Both the position numbers and the translations under genes were made by a program. From Hydrogenophilaceae bacterium (GTDB lineage: Bacteria > Pseudomonadota > Gammaproteobacteria > Burkholderiales > Thiobacillaceae), in contig JASJPK010000048.1 in assembly GCA_031426735.1 (NCBI GenBank), positions 92,607 to 156,606 on the forward strand: 64,000 bases of DNA, read 5' to 3'. This document shows, one piece after another, positions 21,983 to 31,617 of the stretch. Below the pieces are notes generated by a model, which saw only the letters and a list, made by a program, of their open reading frames with translations, was not told the DNA's origin and made no database searches. Each line of letters begins with the position of its first letter. Position 1 is the first letter of the stretch.

Positions 21983-22157
21983 ATGCACCCCGAACATGAG
22001 GACGTTGATTCGACGGGTGCATGGTGCCCATGGCATGCCGCCGAAAAAATCGGCGGATGCTTAAACTGCGTGTGGGAGAGCGACGAGGCGCTGTAGGAGG
22101 ATTCCTAGCACGAATTAACCTGAACCTTGGAGAGGTGCTGATTTATTCGTTTCCGTC

Positions 22158-22177
22158 GTTCCCGCGAAGGCGGGAAC
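22158..22177. repeat. REP-B hairpin (GTTCCCGC GAAG GCGGGAAC)
   Basis: 8-bp stem and 4-nt loop. It is a variant of the ATTCCCGCGAAGGCGGGAAT elements at 38213-38232 and 38284-38303. Confidence 0.6.
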
Positions 22178-22189
22178 CCAGTTGAATCA

Positions 22190-22231
22190 GCGCGAAGTCC
22201 GCAAGAATCGCGCCTTGGAAGGCGCGCCTAC
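22190..22231. repeat. REP-A partial copy (..TCGCGCCTTGGAAGGCGCGCCTAC)
   Basis: Matches the loop and right arm of the elements at 33445-33505 and 42078-42136. Confidence 0.6.
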
Positions 22232-22253
22232 GAAACAGCAGACGTTGGTCAAC

Positions 22254-22293
22254 GTAGGAGGTGAAGGATTCGGCCCGCAAGCGGACCTCCTAC
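22254..22293. repeat. hairpin GTAGGAGGT-N22-ACCTCCTAC downstream of the NarL-type regulator gene
   Basis: 9-bp perfect inverted repeat starting 12 nt after the stop at 22305. There is no U-run, so it is not called as a terminator. Confidence 0.4.
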
Positions 22294-22304
22294 CAGCGTA
22301 CGAA

Positions 22305-22943
22305 TCAGCGCGGATCGAACAAGGCGTGCTCGATGGCGTAATGGATCAGGTCGGCGTTGCTCGACATACGCATCTTTTGCAGGATGCGCGCCTTGTGGGT
22401 GCTGATGGTCTTGACGCTGACGCAGAGCGTGTCGGCGATGGCGGTGACGTTCCTGCCGGCCACGAGCAATTCGAAAATCTGGTATTCGCGGTCGGACAAC
22501 TGCGTGTGCGAGGCCTCGTCCTGCGGTACGCCGTAATCCATGGCGATGCGCTCGGCCACGGCCGGTGTGATGAAGGCGCCGCCGGCGGCTACTTTGCGGA
22601 TGGCGCTGACCAGTTGTTCCGGCGCGCTTTCCTTGGTCAGGTAGCCCTTGGCACCGGCTTTCATGGCGCGTACCGCGTATTGCTCTTCCTGATGCATGGT
22701 CAGTACCAGGATCGGCAATTTCGGTTTTTCGGCCTTGATCAGCTTGATCAGTTCGATGCCGCTGCGGCCCGGCATCGACATGTCGAGCACCAGCACGTCG
22801 AAGTCCGATTCGCCCACCAGCTTCAGCGTTTCGCTGCCATCGGCCGCTTCGGCGACGACCTGGAAATCCACTTCTTCGCTGAGCAGTTGCTTGAGGCCAC
22901 GGCGTACGATCAGGTGGTCGTCGGCGAGTGCGATACGGATCAT
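22305..22943 (-). CDS. NarL/LuxR-family response regulator
   Basis: ATG at 22943 (MIRIALADDH). REC (VLVLDMSMPGRSG) plus a C-terminal LuxR HTH (LSDREYQIFELLVAGRNVTAIADTLCVSVKTISTHKARI). The upstream extension in the ORF track is Arg-rich noise. Confidence 0.9.
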   Translation of the reverse strand: MIRIALADDHLIVRRGLKQLLSEEVDFQVVAEAADGSETLKLVGESDFDVLVLDMSMPGRSGIELIKLIKAEKPKLPILVLTMHQEEQYAVRAMKAGAKGYLTKESAPEQLVSAIRKVAAGGAFITPAVAERIAMDYGVPQDEASHTQLSDREYQIFELLVAGRNVTAIADTLCVSVKTISTHKARILQKMRMSSNADLIHYAIEHALFDPR

Positions 22944-24028
22944 GGCAGCCTGCTTTCTGGGGTGAGTGGAATGGATGCCTCGACGCTGACGCCGCCGTTC
23001 GGCACGCTGTGCAGGTCGAGCCTGCCGCCGAGTGCCTGGGCGCGCTCGCGCATGCCGAGCAGGCCGTAGTGGCCTGCGCCGGCAGGTGCGGCGGGCAGGC
23101 CGCGGCCGTTGTCCCGCACCGTGATGGCGAGGCTGTCGTTGCGCACGCCGACGAAGACATGAATCGTGCTGGCTTCGGCGTGGCGGGAGACGTTGGTCAG
23201 GCATTCCTGCACGATGCGAAACGCGGCGGTGGCCAGCGTGTCGGCAATCTCATGCTCGTCGAGCGCGAAGGCCAGTTCGCAATGGATCGCCGTATTGCGG
23301 CGGCCGAATTCTTCCGCCAACCATTCGACGGCGGCCTTCAGGCCGAGGTCGTCGAGCATGACCGGACGCAGGTCGGAGGAAATGCGCCGCACGGCGGCGA
23401 TGGTGTCGTCGATCAGCAACTTCATGTTGTCGAGCTTGTGGTCGACGCCGGCCGCCTCGCTGCTCTGCCAGCGGTTGCGCAGCCAGGACACGTCGATCTT
23501 GAGCGCGGTGAGCATCTGGCCGAGTTCGTCGTGCAGTTCGCGTGCGATGTGCGTGCGCTCGTCTTCGCGCACGCTTTGCAGGTGGCTGGACAGCGCGCGC
23601 AGTTGCAAGCGGGATGCGACCAGTTCCTGCGTCGCCCGGAAATGGGCGCGGCGCGTTTCCGCCTCGCGCAGCTCGCGTTCGATGGCGGGCGCCAGCCGTG
23701 CCAGGTTGTTCTTCGCCACGAAATCGTGGGCGCCGGCCTTGAGGATGGCGACGGCGGCTTCTTCGCCGATGCAGCCGGAAACGACGATGAAGGGAATGTC
23801 GAACGCGAATGTCTGCAGCATGGCAAGCGCATCTGCGGCGCTGAAGCTGGGCAGGTTGAAATCGGCAATCAGCAGATCCCACGGCGTCCGCTGCAGCGCA
23901 TCGCGCAACTCCGCATCGGTTTCGACCCGGCTGGCTTCGATTGCCAGGCCGGCGTCGGCGAGCGCGAGCAGGATCAGTTCTGCGTCATTCTCCGAGTCCT
24001 CGACCAGCAGAAGATGCAGCGGCTGCAT
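22940..24028 (-). CDS. hybrid REC + HisKA_3/HATPase histidine kinase
   Basis: N-terminal REC (LLLVEDSENDAE...LLIADFNLP). NarX-type H-box (ERTHIARELHDELGQ). ATPase N/G boxes. ATGA overlap with the downstream regulator. Confidence 0.85.
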   Translation of the reverse strand: MQPLHLLLVEDSENDAELILLALADAGLAIEASRVETDAELRDALQRTPWDLLIADFNLPSFSAADALAMLQTFAFDIPFIVVSGCIGEEAAVAILKAGAHDFVAKNNLARLAPAIERELREAETRRAHFRATQELVASRLQLRALSSHLQSVREDERTHIARELHDELGQMLTALKIDVSWLRNRWQSSEAAGVDHKLDNMKLLIDDTIAAVRRISSDLRPVMLDDLGLKAAVEWLAEEFGRRNTAIHCELAFALDEHEIADTLATAAFRIVQECLTNVSRHAEASTIHVFVGVRNDSLAITVRDNGRGLPAAPAGAGHYGLLGMRERAQALGGRLDLHSVPNGGVSVEASIPLTPESRLP

Positions 24029-24035
24029 GGTGCGT

Positions 24036-24482
24036 TCAGTGCTGCGGCACGTTGACGTTGAGCACCAGCCAATAGAGTCCGACCTGGCGCACCGCTTCGC
24101 CGAAACGGACGAAATCGACCGGTTTCTGGATGAAGCTGTTGGCGCCCAGGTCGTAGCTGGAGATCAGATCGGATTCCTCGCGGCTGGTGGTCATCACCAC
24201 GACCGGAATGTATTTTGTGTGGGCGTCGGCGCGGATGCGTTGCAATACTTCGTGGCCATCGACCTTGGGCAGCTTGAGGTCGAGCAGGATCAGTTGCGGC
24301 ATGTCGGTAAGATCGCGCGTCGCGTAGCGGCCGCTGCCGAACAGGTATTCGAGCGCTTCCTCGCCATCGCGTACCACCACGAGTTCGTTGGCGACATGGC
24401 TTTCCTCGAACGCCAGCCGCGTCAGTTCTTCATCGTCCGGGTTGTCCTCGACGAGAAGAATGGTCTTGTCCTTGTATCTCAA
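24036..24482 (-). CDS. single-domain response regulator
   Basis: KTILLVEDNPDDEELT...LILLDLKLPKVDG...VVMTTS...ANSFIQKP. The only plausible start is the TTG at 24482, which overlaps the TGA of the upstream kinase (TTGA). Confidence 0.75.
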   Translation of the reverse strand: MRYKDKTILLVEDNPDDEELTRLAFEESHVANELVVVRDGEEALEYLFGSGRYATRDLTDMPQLILLDLKLPKVDGHEVLQRIRADAHTKYIPVVVMTTSREESDLISSYDLGANSFIQKPVDFVRFGEAVRQVGLYWLVLNVNVPQH

Positions 24483-27400
24483 AACGTCTGCCCCTGTTCG
24501 TCCATGATGTCGCTGATTTCGTCGTCCCGCGCCGGATCGCGTTGCGGCAACGTAAACCAGAACGTCGCGCCGTTGCCCTTTTCTCCCGTCGCGCCGACGC
24601 GGCCGTGATGGCGCAGGATAACCCGCTGCACGGTGGCAAGACCGATGCCGGTTCCTTCGAAGTCTCGCTCGCTGTGCAGGCGCTGGAATACCTGGAACAG
24701 CTTTTTCGCATAGGCGTTGTCGAAGCCGGCGCCGTTGTCGCGGACGAAATATACCCATTCGTTTTCCTGTACGCGGCTACCGAATTCGATTTCGGCATTT
24801 TCGCGGTGACGGGTGAATTTCCAGGCGTTGCCGAGCAGGTTGTCGAGCACCACACGCAGCAGACCGGGATCGCCGAAAACGTGCAGGTCGGGTTGCACTC
24901 GGAGCTGGACCTGGCGTTCCGGTGCCGCCCGCTGCAAATCCTGCAGCAGCGCCACGGCCAGCGTCGACAGGTCGACTTCCTGCCGCCGCAAGGGGCCGCG
25001 CGTCATCCGCGACAGTTGCAGCAGGTCGTCGATCAGTTCGCCCATGCGCTGGCTGGCGCGGCGCACCCGGCCGAGATAGTCGCGGCCGGTGTCGTCCAGC
25101 GCGTCGGCATAGCGCTGCAGCAGCACCTGGCTGAAACCGTCGATGCTGCGCAGCGGCGCGCGCAGATCGTGGGAAACGGAATAGCTGAAGGATTCCAGTT
25201 CCTTGTTGGCCACTTCGAGTTCGCGCGTGCGCTGCCGCACACGTTGTTCGAGCTGCTCGTTGAGCTGGCGCAGATCGTCTTCCGCTTTCTGGCGGCGTTC
25301 TGCCTCGTCATGGGCATTCATCGCGAACGAGACATCTTCGGTGAGGTCGTCGAGCAACGCGACCACGGCGGCGGAGAAATAGCCCGGTGTCGGCGCGTAG
25401 AGATTGATGGCGCCGACCACTTCGCCGCCGATGCGCACCGGGAACGCCGCCGAGGCGCGGTAGCCGCGCGCCAGCGCCAGTTCGCGCCAGGGCGCCATGT
25501 GCGGATCGTTGGCGATGTCGTCGCAGAGGTAGTGGCGGCCTTCGCGGATCGCCGTGCCGGTCGGGCCGCCGCCCAATGCGCGATCCGCGACGAGGATGCG
25601 CACCTGCTCCAGATAACCGTCTTCGCGCCCCCAGTGGGCATACGGAATCACCCGACCCGCACCGACGCGGCCGGCCCAGGCCATGACGAAGCCGCCTTCC
25701 TCGACGGCGACGCGGCAGATTTCCTCCAGCAGCGGGTCGATCTCGCGGATGCGCACGATGGCCTGGTTGGCGCGGTTGAGCAGCGCGTAAAGATGATTGA
25801 GGCGGGTCAGCTCGCTTTCCGTCCGCTTGCGCTCGCTGATGTCGTACAGCGTGCTGCGGCTCATCAGGTAGCGCCCCGCCTCGTCGTATGCGGCGGTTGC
25901 GCTCAGCAGTACGGTGAAGGTCGACGCATCCTGGCGTATCAACTCGTATTCCAGGTCGTGCACTTCGCCGTTTGCCTTGAAGCGCGGGTAGTTATCCTGA
26001 AATAAAGTGCGGCTGGCCGGGGTCAGCAGGTCGGCAAAGGGTTTGCCGATGATTTCCTCGCGGCGATAGCCCAGCCAGTCGAGTTCGGTCTGATTGATGC
26101 GCACGAAACAGCCGCCGTCATCCAGCGAGTGGTAGCCGCAAGGGGCGTGATGATAGAAGTCGTCGAGTTCGGCCAGCGCGCGTTGCAAGGCTTCTTTGGC
26201 GGCACGGCGAGAGGTGATGTCGAGGAAACTGACGACCACTTCACCGATCTTTCCGGCCGCATCGAGATGCGGAAAGGCATTGACCTGGACCCACAACGAC
26301 GCGGCGGCTTCGTCGCGGGCGATACCCAGTACCACGCCGTGCACAGGCGCCTGGCTGGTCAGGACTCGATGCACCGGATAATCCGCCGCTGCCATCGCGC
26401 TGCCGTCTTCGTGGCGATAGTGCCAGGCGAACACTGCGCCGCCTTCGCCGGGATTCAATCCGAGCAGGCGGTTGGCCTCCTCATTGGTGTAGCGGATCGC
26501 GCCATCCGCGCCATGTACCACCACGGCTGCCGGTAGATGCGCGAGCAGTTCCTGTTGATAGCGTTCCCGCGCCAGCAACTCGCGGTTCATCTCGGCCGCC
26601 AGTTTGAGTGCGCGGGCGCGGCCATGCAGCAGCAGCCACAGAATCGCCGCCAGCATCAAGCTGCCGATGCTGCCGATGCCGGCAATTGCGAGCAGCTTCG
26701 GCGCCTCGGGCGCGCGTGCCGCGTGCACCAGCACGGTCCAGACACGTCCGCCGATGCGAATCTGCCGCTTGGCCAGATGGCCGCCCGATGGCACTTGGGC
26801 GAGCCGGCTGATCTTGTCGCTGTCGTACAGCATGTTCGCCGCCGACGGATCGCTGCCGTCGAAAATTTCCAGGTCGAGCGCAGCCGTCTTTTCTCCGAAA
26901 TTCTTCTGCAGGATGTTCCGCATCAAGTCGTTCATGCGGAACGGCGCGTAGACCCAGCCAAGCAGGTTGCCGCGGCGTTGCGCGGGGCTGGCGTGGGCAA
27001 GCTGGTTGCGATACACCGGCATGTACATCAGGAAACCCGCCTGAATGTCCGCCTCGGTTTCCTGCCGCAGGGTGACCTTGCCGGAGATTGCGCTGACGCC
27101 TTCCTCCCAGGCGCGCTGCATGGCGACGCGGCGCACCGGATCGGAATACATGTCGTAGCCGAAGGCACGTCGGTTGCGCCAATCGAACGGCTCGATATAA
27201 ACGATGGCGGTGTAGAAATCGCGCGCATCGCCAGGGTGCAGGTCGTATTCCGGAAAGCCTTCGCGCTGGACCTGCTCGATATGGCGCTGCCGCTCGCGGG
27301 CTGGAATCAGCCGGGAAAACCCCACGCCCTGGATGCCAGGGTAGTTCTCCGCCAGGCGCAGTACATCGACATTGGCTTTGAACTCGTTGCGCGTGACGTT

Positions 27401-27685
27401 CTCGGAAGCGGAAAACAAGCCAGCCGTGCCGAGTAACACCTGCTCGTAGGCCCGCATGCGGCCCTCGATGTCTCGGCTGATCTCGGCGACACGGAAGTCG
27501 AATTTCTCCTGTGCGACCTGCACGCTGTCGGAACGGGTGTCATGCCAGACGGCATAGGTAATCCCGAGACCGATCAGCAAGGTCAGCCAGGGTAGCCAGG
27601 TAAGCGGCGGAACATTGGAACTCAGGCGATCAAGTTTCAAACAGCCTCCCTCGGTCGTCGGTTGTTCGGCAGACCGGCGTTTCAT
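24479..27685 (-). CDS. sensor histidine kinase: CHASE, 2 PAS, GAF, HisKA, HATPase
   Basis: Periplasmic CHASE-like block (YPGIQGVGFSRLI..FDWRNRRAFGYDM). PAS and GAF segments. H-box SVSHDLRAPLRSI. G boxes. Start set at ATG 27685 (MKRRSAEQ); 27721 is also possible. Confidence 0.85.
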   Translation of the reverse strand: MKRRSAEQPTTEGGCLKLDRLSSNVPPLTWLPWLTLLIGLGITYAVWHDTRSDSVQVAQEKFDFRVAEISRDIEGRMRAYEQVLLGTAGLFSASENVTRNEFKANVDVLRLAENYPGIQGVGFSRLIPARERQRHIEQVQREGFPEYDLHPGDARDFYTAIVYIEPFDWRNRRAFGYDMYSDPVRRVAMQRAWEEGVSAISGKVTLRQETEADIQAGFLMYMPVYRNQLAHASPAQRRGNLLGWVYAPFRMNDLMRNILQKNFGEKTAALDLEIFDGSDPSAANMLYDSDKISRLAQVPSGGHLAKRQIRIGGRVWTVLVHAARAPEAPKLLAIAGIGSIGSLMLAAILWLLLHGRARALKLAAEMNRELLARERYQQELLAHLPAAVVVHGADGAIRYTNEEANRLLGLNPGEGGAVFAWHYRHEDGSAMAAADYPVHRVLTSQAPVHGVVLGIARDEAAASLWVQVNAFPHLDAAGKIGEVVVSFLDITSRRAAKEALQRALAELDDFYHHAPCGYHSLDDGGCFVRINQTELDWLGYRREEIIGKPFADLLTPASRTLFQDNYPRFKANGEVHDLEYELIRQDASTFTVLLSATAAYDEAGRYLMSRSTLYDISERKRTESELTRLNHLYALLNRANQAIVRIREIDPLLEEICRVAVEEGGFVMAWAGRVGAGRVIPYAHWGREDGYLEQVRILVADRALGGGPTGTAIREGRHYLCDDIANDPHMAPWRELALARGYRASAAFPVRIGGEVVGAINLYAPTPGYFSAAVVALLDDLTEDVSFAMNAHDEAERRQKAEDDLRQLNEQLEQRVRQRTRELEVANKELESFSYSVSHDLRAPLRSIDGFSQVLLQRYADALDDTGRDYLGRVRRASQRMGELIDDLLQLSRMTRGPLRRQEVDLSTLAVALLQDLQRAAPERQVQLRVQPDLHVFGDPGLLRVVLDNLLGNAWKFTRHRENAEIEFGSRVQENEWVYFVRDNGAGFDNAYAKKLFQVFQRLHSERDFEGTGIGLATVQRVILRHHGRVGATGEKGNGATFWFTLPQRDPARDDEISDIMDEQGQTF

Positions 27686-27710
27686 GTCGGGCAGAACGAT
27701 GCCGACATGA

Positions 27711-27733
27711 AAAAAAGCCACTCGGAAGCGGCC
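27711..27733 (-). terminator. weak intrinsic terminator after tRNA-Leu
   Basis: The minus strand reads GCCGC UUCCGA GUGGC followed by UUUUUUU. The stem is 5 bp including one G-U pair. Confidence 0.35.
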
Positions 27734-27750
27734 TTTTTCGTTGTTATGTC

Positions 27751-27835
27751 TGGTGCCCGGAACCGGAATCGAACCGGTACGGCTTGCGCCGAGGGATTTT
27801 AAGTCCCTTGTGTCTACCTATTTCACCATCCGGGC
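27751..27835 (-). tRNA. tRNA-Leu (anticodon UAA)
   Basis: The reverse complement GCCCGGATGGTGAAATAGGTAGACACAAGGGACTTAAAATCCCTCGGCGCAAGCCGTACCGGTTCGATTCCGGTTCCGGGCACCA folds as a cloverleaf. It has a long variable arm, anticodon loop CT-TAA-AA, a GGTTCGATTCC T-arm, and an encoded CCA. Confidence 0.9.
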
Positions 27836-27851
27836 GAATCTGGCGGCCAGC

Positions 27852-28481
27852 TTACTTGAGCTTGAGTTCCTGGGCGATCAGCGCATCCATGGTCTTGAAC
27901 AGGGCGGGATGTCCGCCGGTCATGTAGGCAGAGGTGGTGTACTTGCCGTTGATGGCGATGGCAGGGACGCCGGTGAGTTTGTAGTCGCGGGTCATTTGCT
28001 GGGCGCGCATGACTTTGGTGTCGACTGCAAAGCTGTTGTAGGCGTTGGCCAGTTTCTTGCGGTCGACGCCTTTGGTGACGGCCCAGTCGAAGAAGGTTTC
28101 CGGCGGGGTCAGATCCATACCTTGCACGTGATAGGCGTTGAACACTTCGGCATGCAATTTGTTGCTCATGCCGATCGCTTCCAACGCGTAGTAAGCGCGC
28201 GCTGCCGGTGCCCACTTTTCGTTGAGGATGGCGGGAACCCGGATCAGCACGGCATTCTTCGACTTTTTACTGTTCCACGCGTTGAGTTCGGGCTCCAGGT
28301 CGAAGCAATGCGGGCAGCGGTACCAGAAGAACTCGAGAACTTCGATCTGGCCCTTCTTGACGCTGGTTGGTTGCTTGGGCGAAAGCTCGGCGTAGTCTTT
28401 GCCGGCTTCCAGCGCGTGTGTGCTGGGTGCAGCGAAGGAAAGGGCAAGGGTAAGCGCGAGCAGCGTCATCAGCGATTTCAT
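27852..28481 (-). CDS. dsbA: thiol:disulfide interchange protein DsbA
   Basis: Signal peptide and thioredoxin motif FFWYRCPHCFDLEP. Confidence 0.9.
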   Translation of the reverse strand: MKSLMTLLALTLALSFAAPSTHALEAGKDYAELSPKQPTSVKKGQIEVLEFFWYRCPHCFDLEPELNAWNSKKSKNAVLIRVPAILNEKWAPAARAYYALEAIGMSNKLHAEVFNAYHVQGMDLTPPETFFDWAVTKGVDRKKLANAYNSFAVDTKVMRAQQMTRDYKLTGVPAIAINGKYTTSAYMTGGHPALFKTMDALIAQELKLK

Positions 28482-28497
28482 GGATTCTCCTGGTCGA

Positions 28498-29148
28498 TCA
28501 AGGGGTGTTGGGTTCTTTAAACAGGCGCGGTTCGAAATCGTTCGCGGCGAGGGTATCGAGGTCGCCGAGTGCGTCGTCCTCGCGTTTGTACGGGCCGGTC
28601 CGGATGCGATAGAGCGGACCGCTGCCGCTATCGACTTTCTGCATGGCGACTTGCAGGCCCAGCATGGTCAGGCGGGCTTTCAGCTTGTCGGCGTCGGCGG
28701 GGCTTTTGAGCGCGGCGACCTGGAGCCACCAGACATCTTTGCTCTTCGGCGCCGTTGGTGCCGGCAAGGCTTGCTTGGCCGGTTTGTCGCCGGGCAGGAT
28801 GCCGTAGAAGGTGTAATCGACGCGCGGCTTGTTTGTGCTCGGCGCGGCATCGGCGGTCGGCGGCGAATTCGGGGCTTCTTTTGCGGCGGCGGGTTCGGCT
28901 GGCGTAGCGGTTTCCACCGGCGGCGCCGCATCGCGCTGGGCGGATTTTTCGGCCTTGGCAGCGCTGGGCGAAACTTCTTCGGCGGCCTTGAAGGGGCTGC
29001 GGTTGTTGAAGTACCAGGCCAGACCGGCAGCCACGACAAGACCGATCACCAGGCCGATGAATACGCCGGTTAGCAGGTTGCCGCTTTTGCCCTGTCGCGG
29101 CTTCGGTTCGTCGCGCCGCGGATTGCCGGGGGTTTTTCGCGCTGACAC
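28498..29148 (-). CDS. SPOR-domain cell-division protein (FtsN/DedD-like)
   Basis: N-terminal TM helix, Pro/Ala-rich linker, and C-terminal SPOR-like block (WWLQVAALKSPADADKLKARL...YRIRTGPY). The GTG start directly follows the argS stop. Confidence 0.8.
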   Translation of the reverse strand: MSARKTPGNPRRDEPKPRQGKSGNLLTGVFIGLVIGLVVAAGLAWYFNNRSPFKAAEEVSPSAAKAEKSAQRDAAPPVETATPAEPAAAKEAPNSPPTADAAPSTNKPRVDYTFYGILPGDKPAKQALPAPTAPKSKDVWWLQVAALKSPADADKLKARLTMLGLQVAMQKVDSGSGPLYRIRTGPYKREDDALGDLDTLAANDFEPRLFKEPNTP

Positions 29149-30936
<1,788 letters not shown>

Positions 30937-31134
30937 GGCATACACCTTTAATTGGCGCGGATTATAGCGGCAGCGGGTGCTTTTCCGGCTAGCGGCGCTT
31001 GGCCGGATTGCCGTTACGGCGATGTCCTCCAGTCTAGTCGCCCGCTTTGCGGCAGCCGTGTGATGCCACGCATAGTCGACGCATCGGCCGCAAAGTTAAG
31101 GTGCTGCCTTCCTTGACTTCAGTCGCTACCCATC

Positions 31135-31617
31135 ATGTTTCGCGCCAGTCCCGATGTTTTCGATTTTGTGACGTTGCATTCCGCCAGACAGGCGAAACCG
31201 TGGACGGAAGAAGCCTGCAAGAAACGTTTGCTGGGGAAGCTGCGCGAGATCAAGAAACGGGAGAATCTGACTGTCGCGGCTTATGTCTTGCTCGATGACC
31301 ATGCCCATTTTCTGTTGCGCGCGCCCACCGGCCATTCCTGTTCGACCGTGGTGGAAGCGCTGCAAACCGATTTCCTCGACCTCTGGCGCGAGGCCTCCGC
31401 GCAGTTGCCGGGCCTGGAGCATCGCTCGGTGGTCGGTGCCGAGCAATTGCGCGCGTATCTGGATTTCATCCATTACGAACCGGTGCGGCGAGGCCTGGTT
31501 GAACGCGCCGCCGACTATCGCTGGTCCAGTTTGCCGACCCGCGTAGTGCAAGGGCATTACCCGGAAGACTGGGCGGCGCTGGGGCCGCCTGCCGCAATCT
31601 CGCGCATCATGCGCTGA
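31135..31617 (+). CDS. rayT: REP-associated tyrosine transposase (RayT / IS200-like Y1 transposase)
   Basis: HUH motif in VLLDDHAHFLL and catalytic Tyr block FIHYEPVRRGLVERAADYRWSS. It is colinear with E. coli RayT (VVLPEHMHCIW ... YIYINPVKHGWV..WPFST..YPIDW). The 3' end overlaps the convergent allophanate hydrolase gene by 11 bp. Confidence 0.8.
   Translation: MFRASPDVFDFVTLHSARQAKPWTEEACKKRLLGKLREIKKRENLTVAAYVLLDDHAHFLLRAPTGHSCSTVVEALQTDFLDLWREASAQLPGLEHRSVVGAEQLRAYLDFIHYEPVRRGLVERAADYRWSSLPTRVVQGHYPEDWAALGPPAAISRIMR

Noticed and set aside
11799-27835. Signalling-gene block next to tRNA-Leu, considered as a tRNA-integrated genomic island
   Set aside because: I found no integrase, no direct repeat of the tRNA 3' end, and no obvious compositional break. 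The hypothesis is not supportable from the sequence alone.
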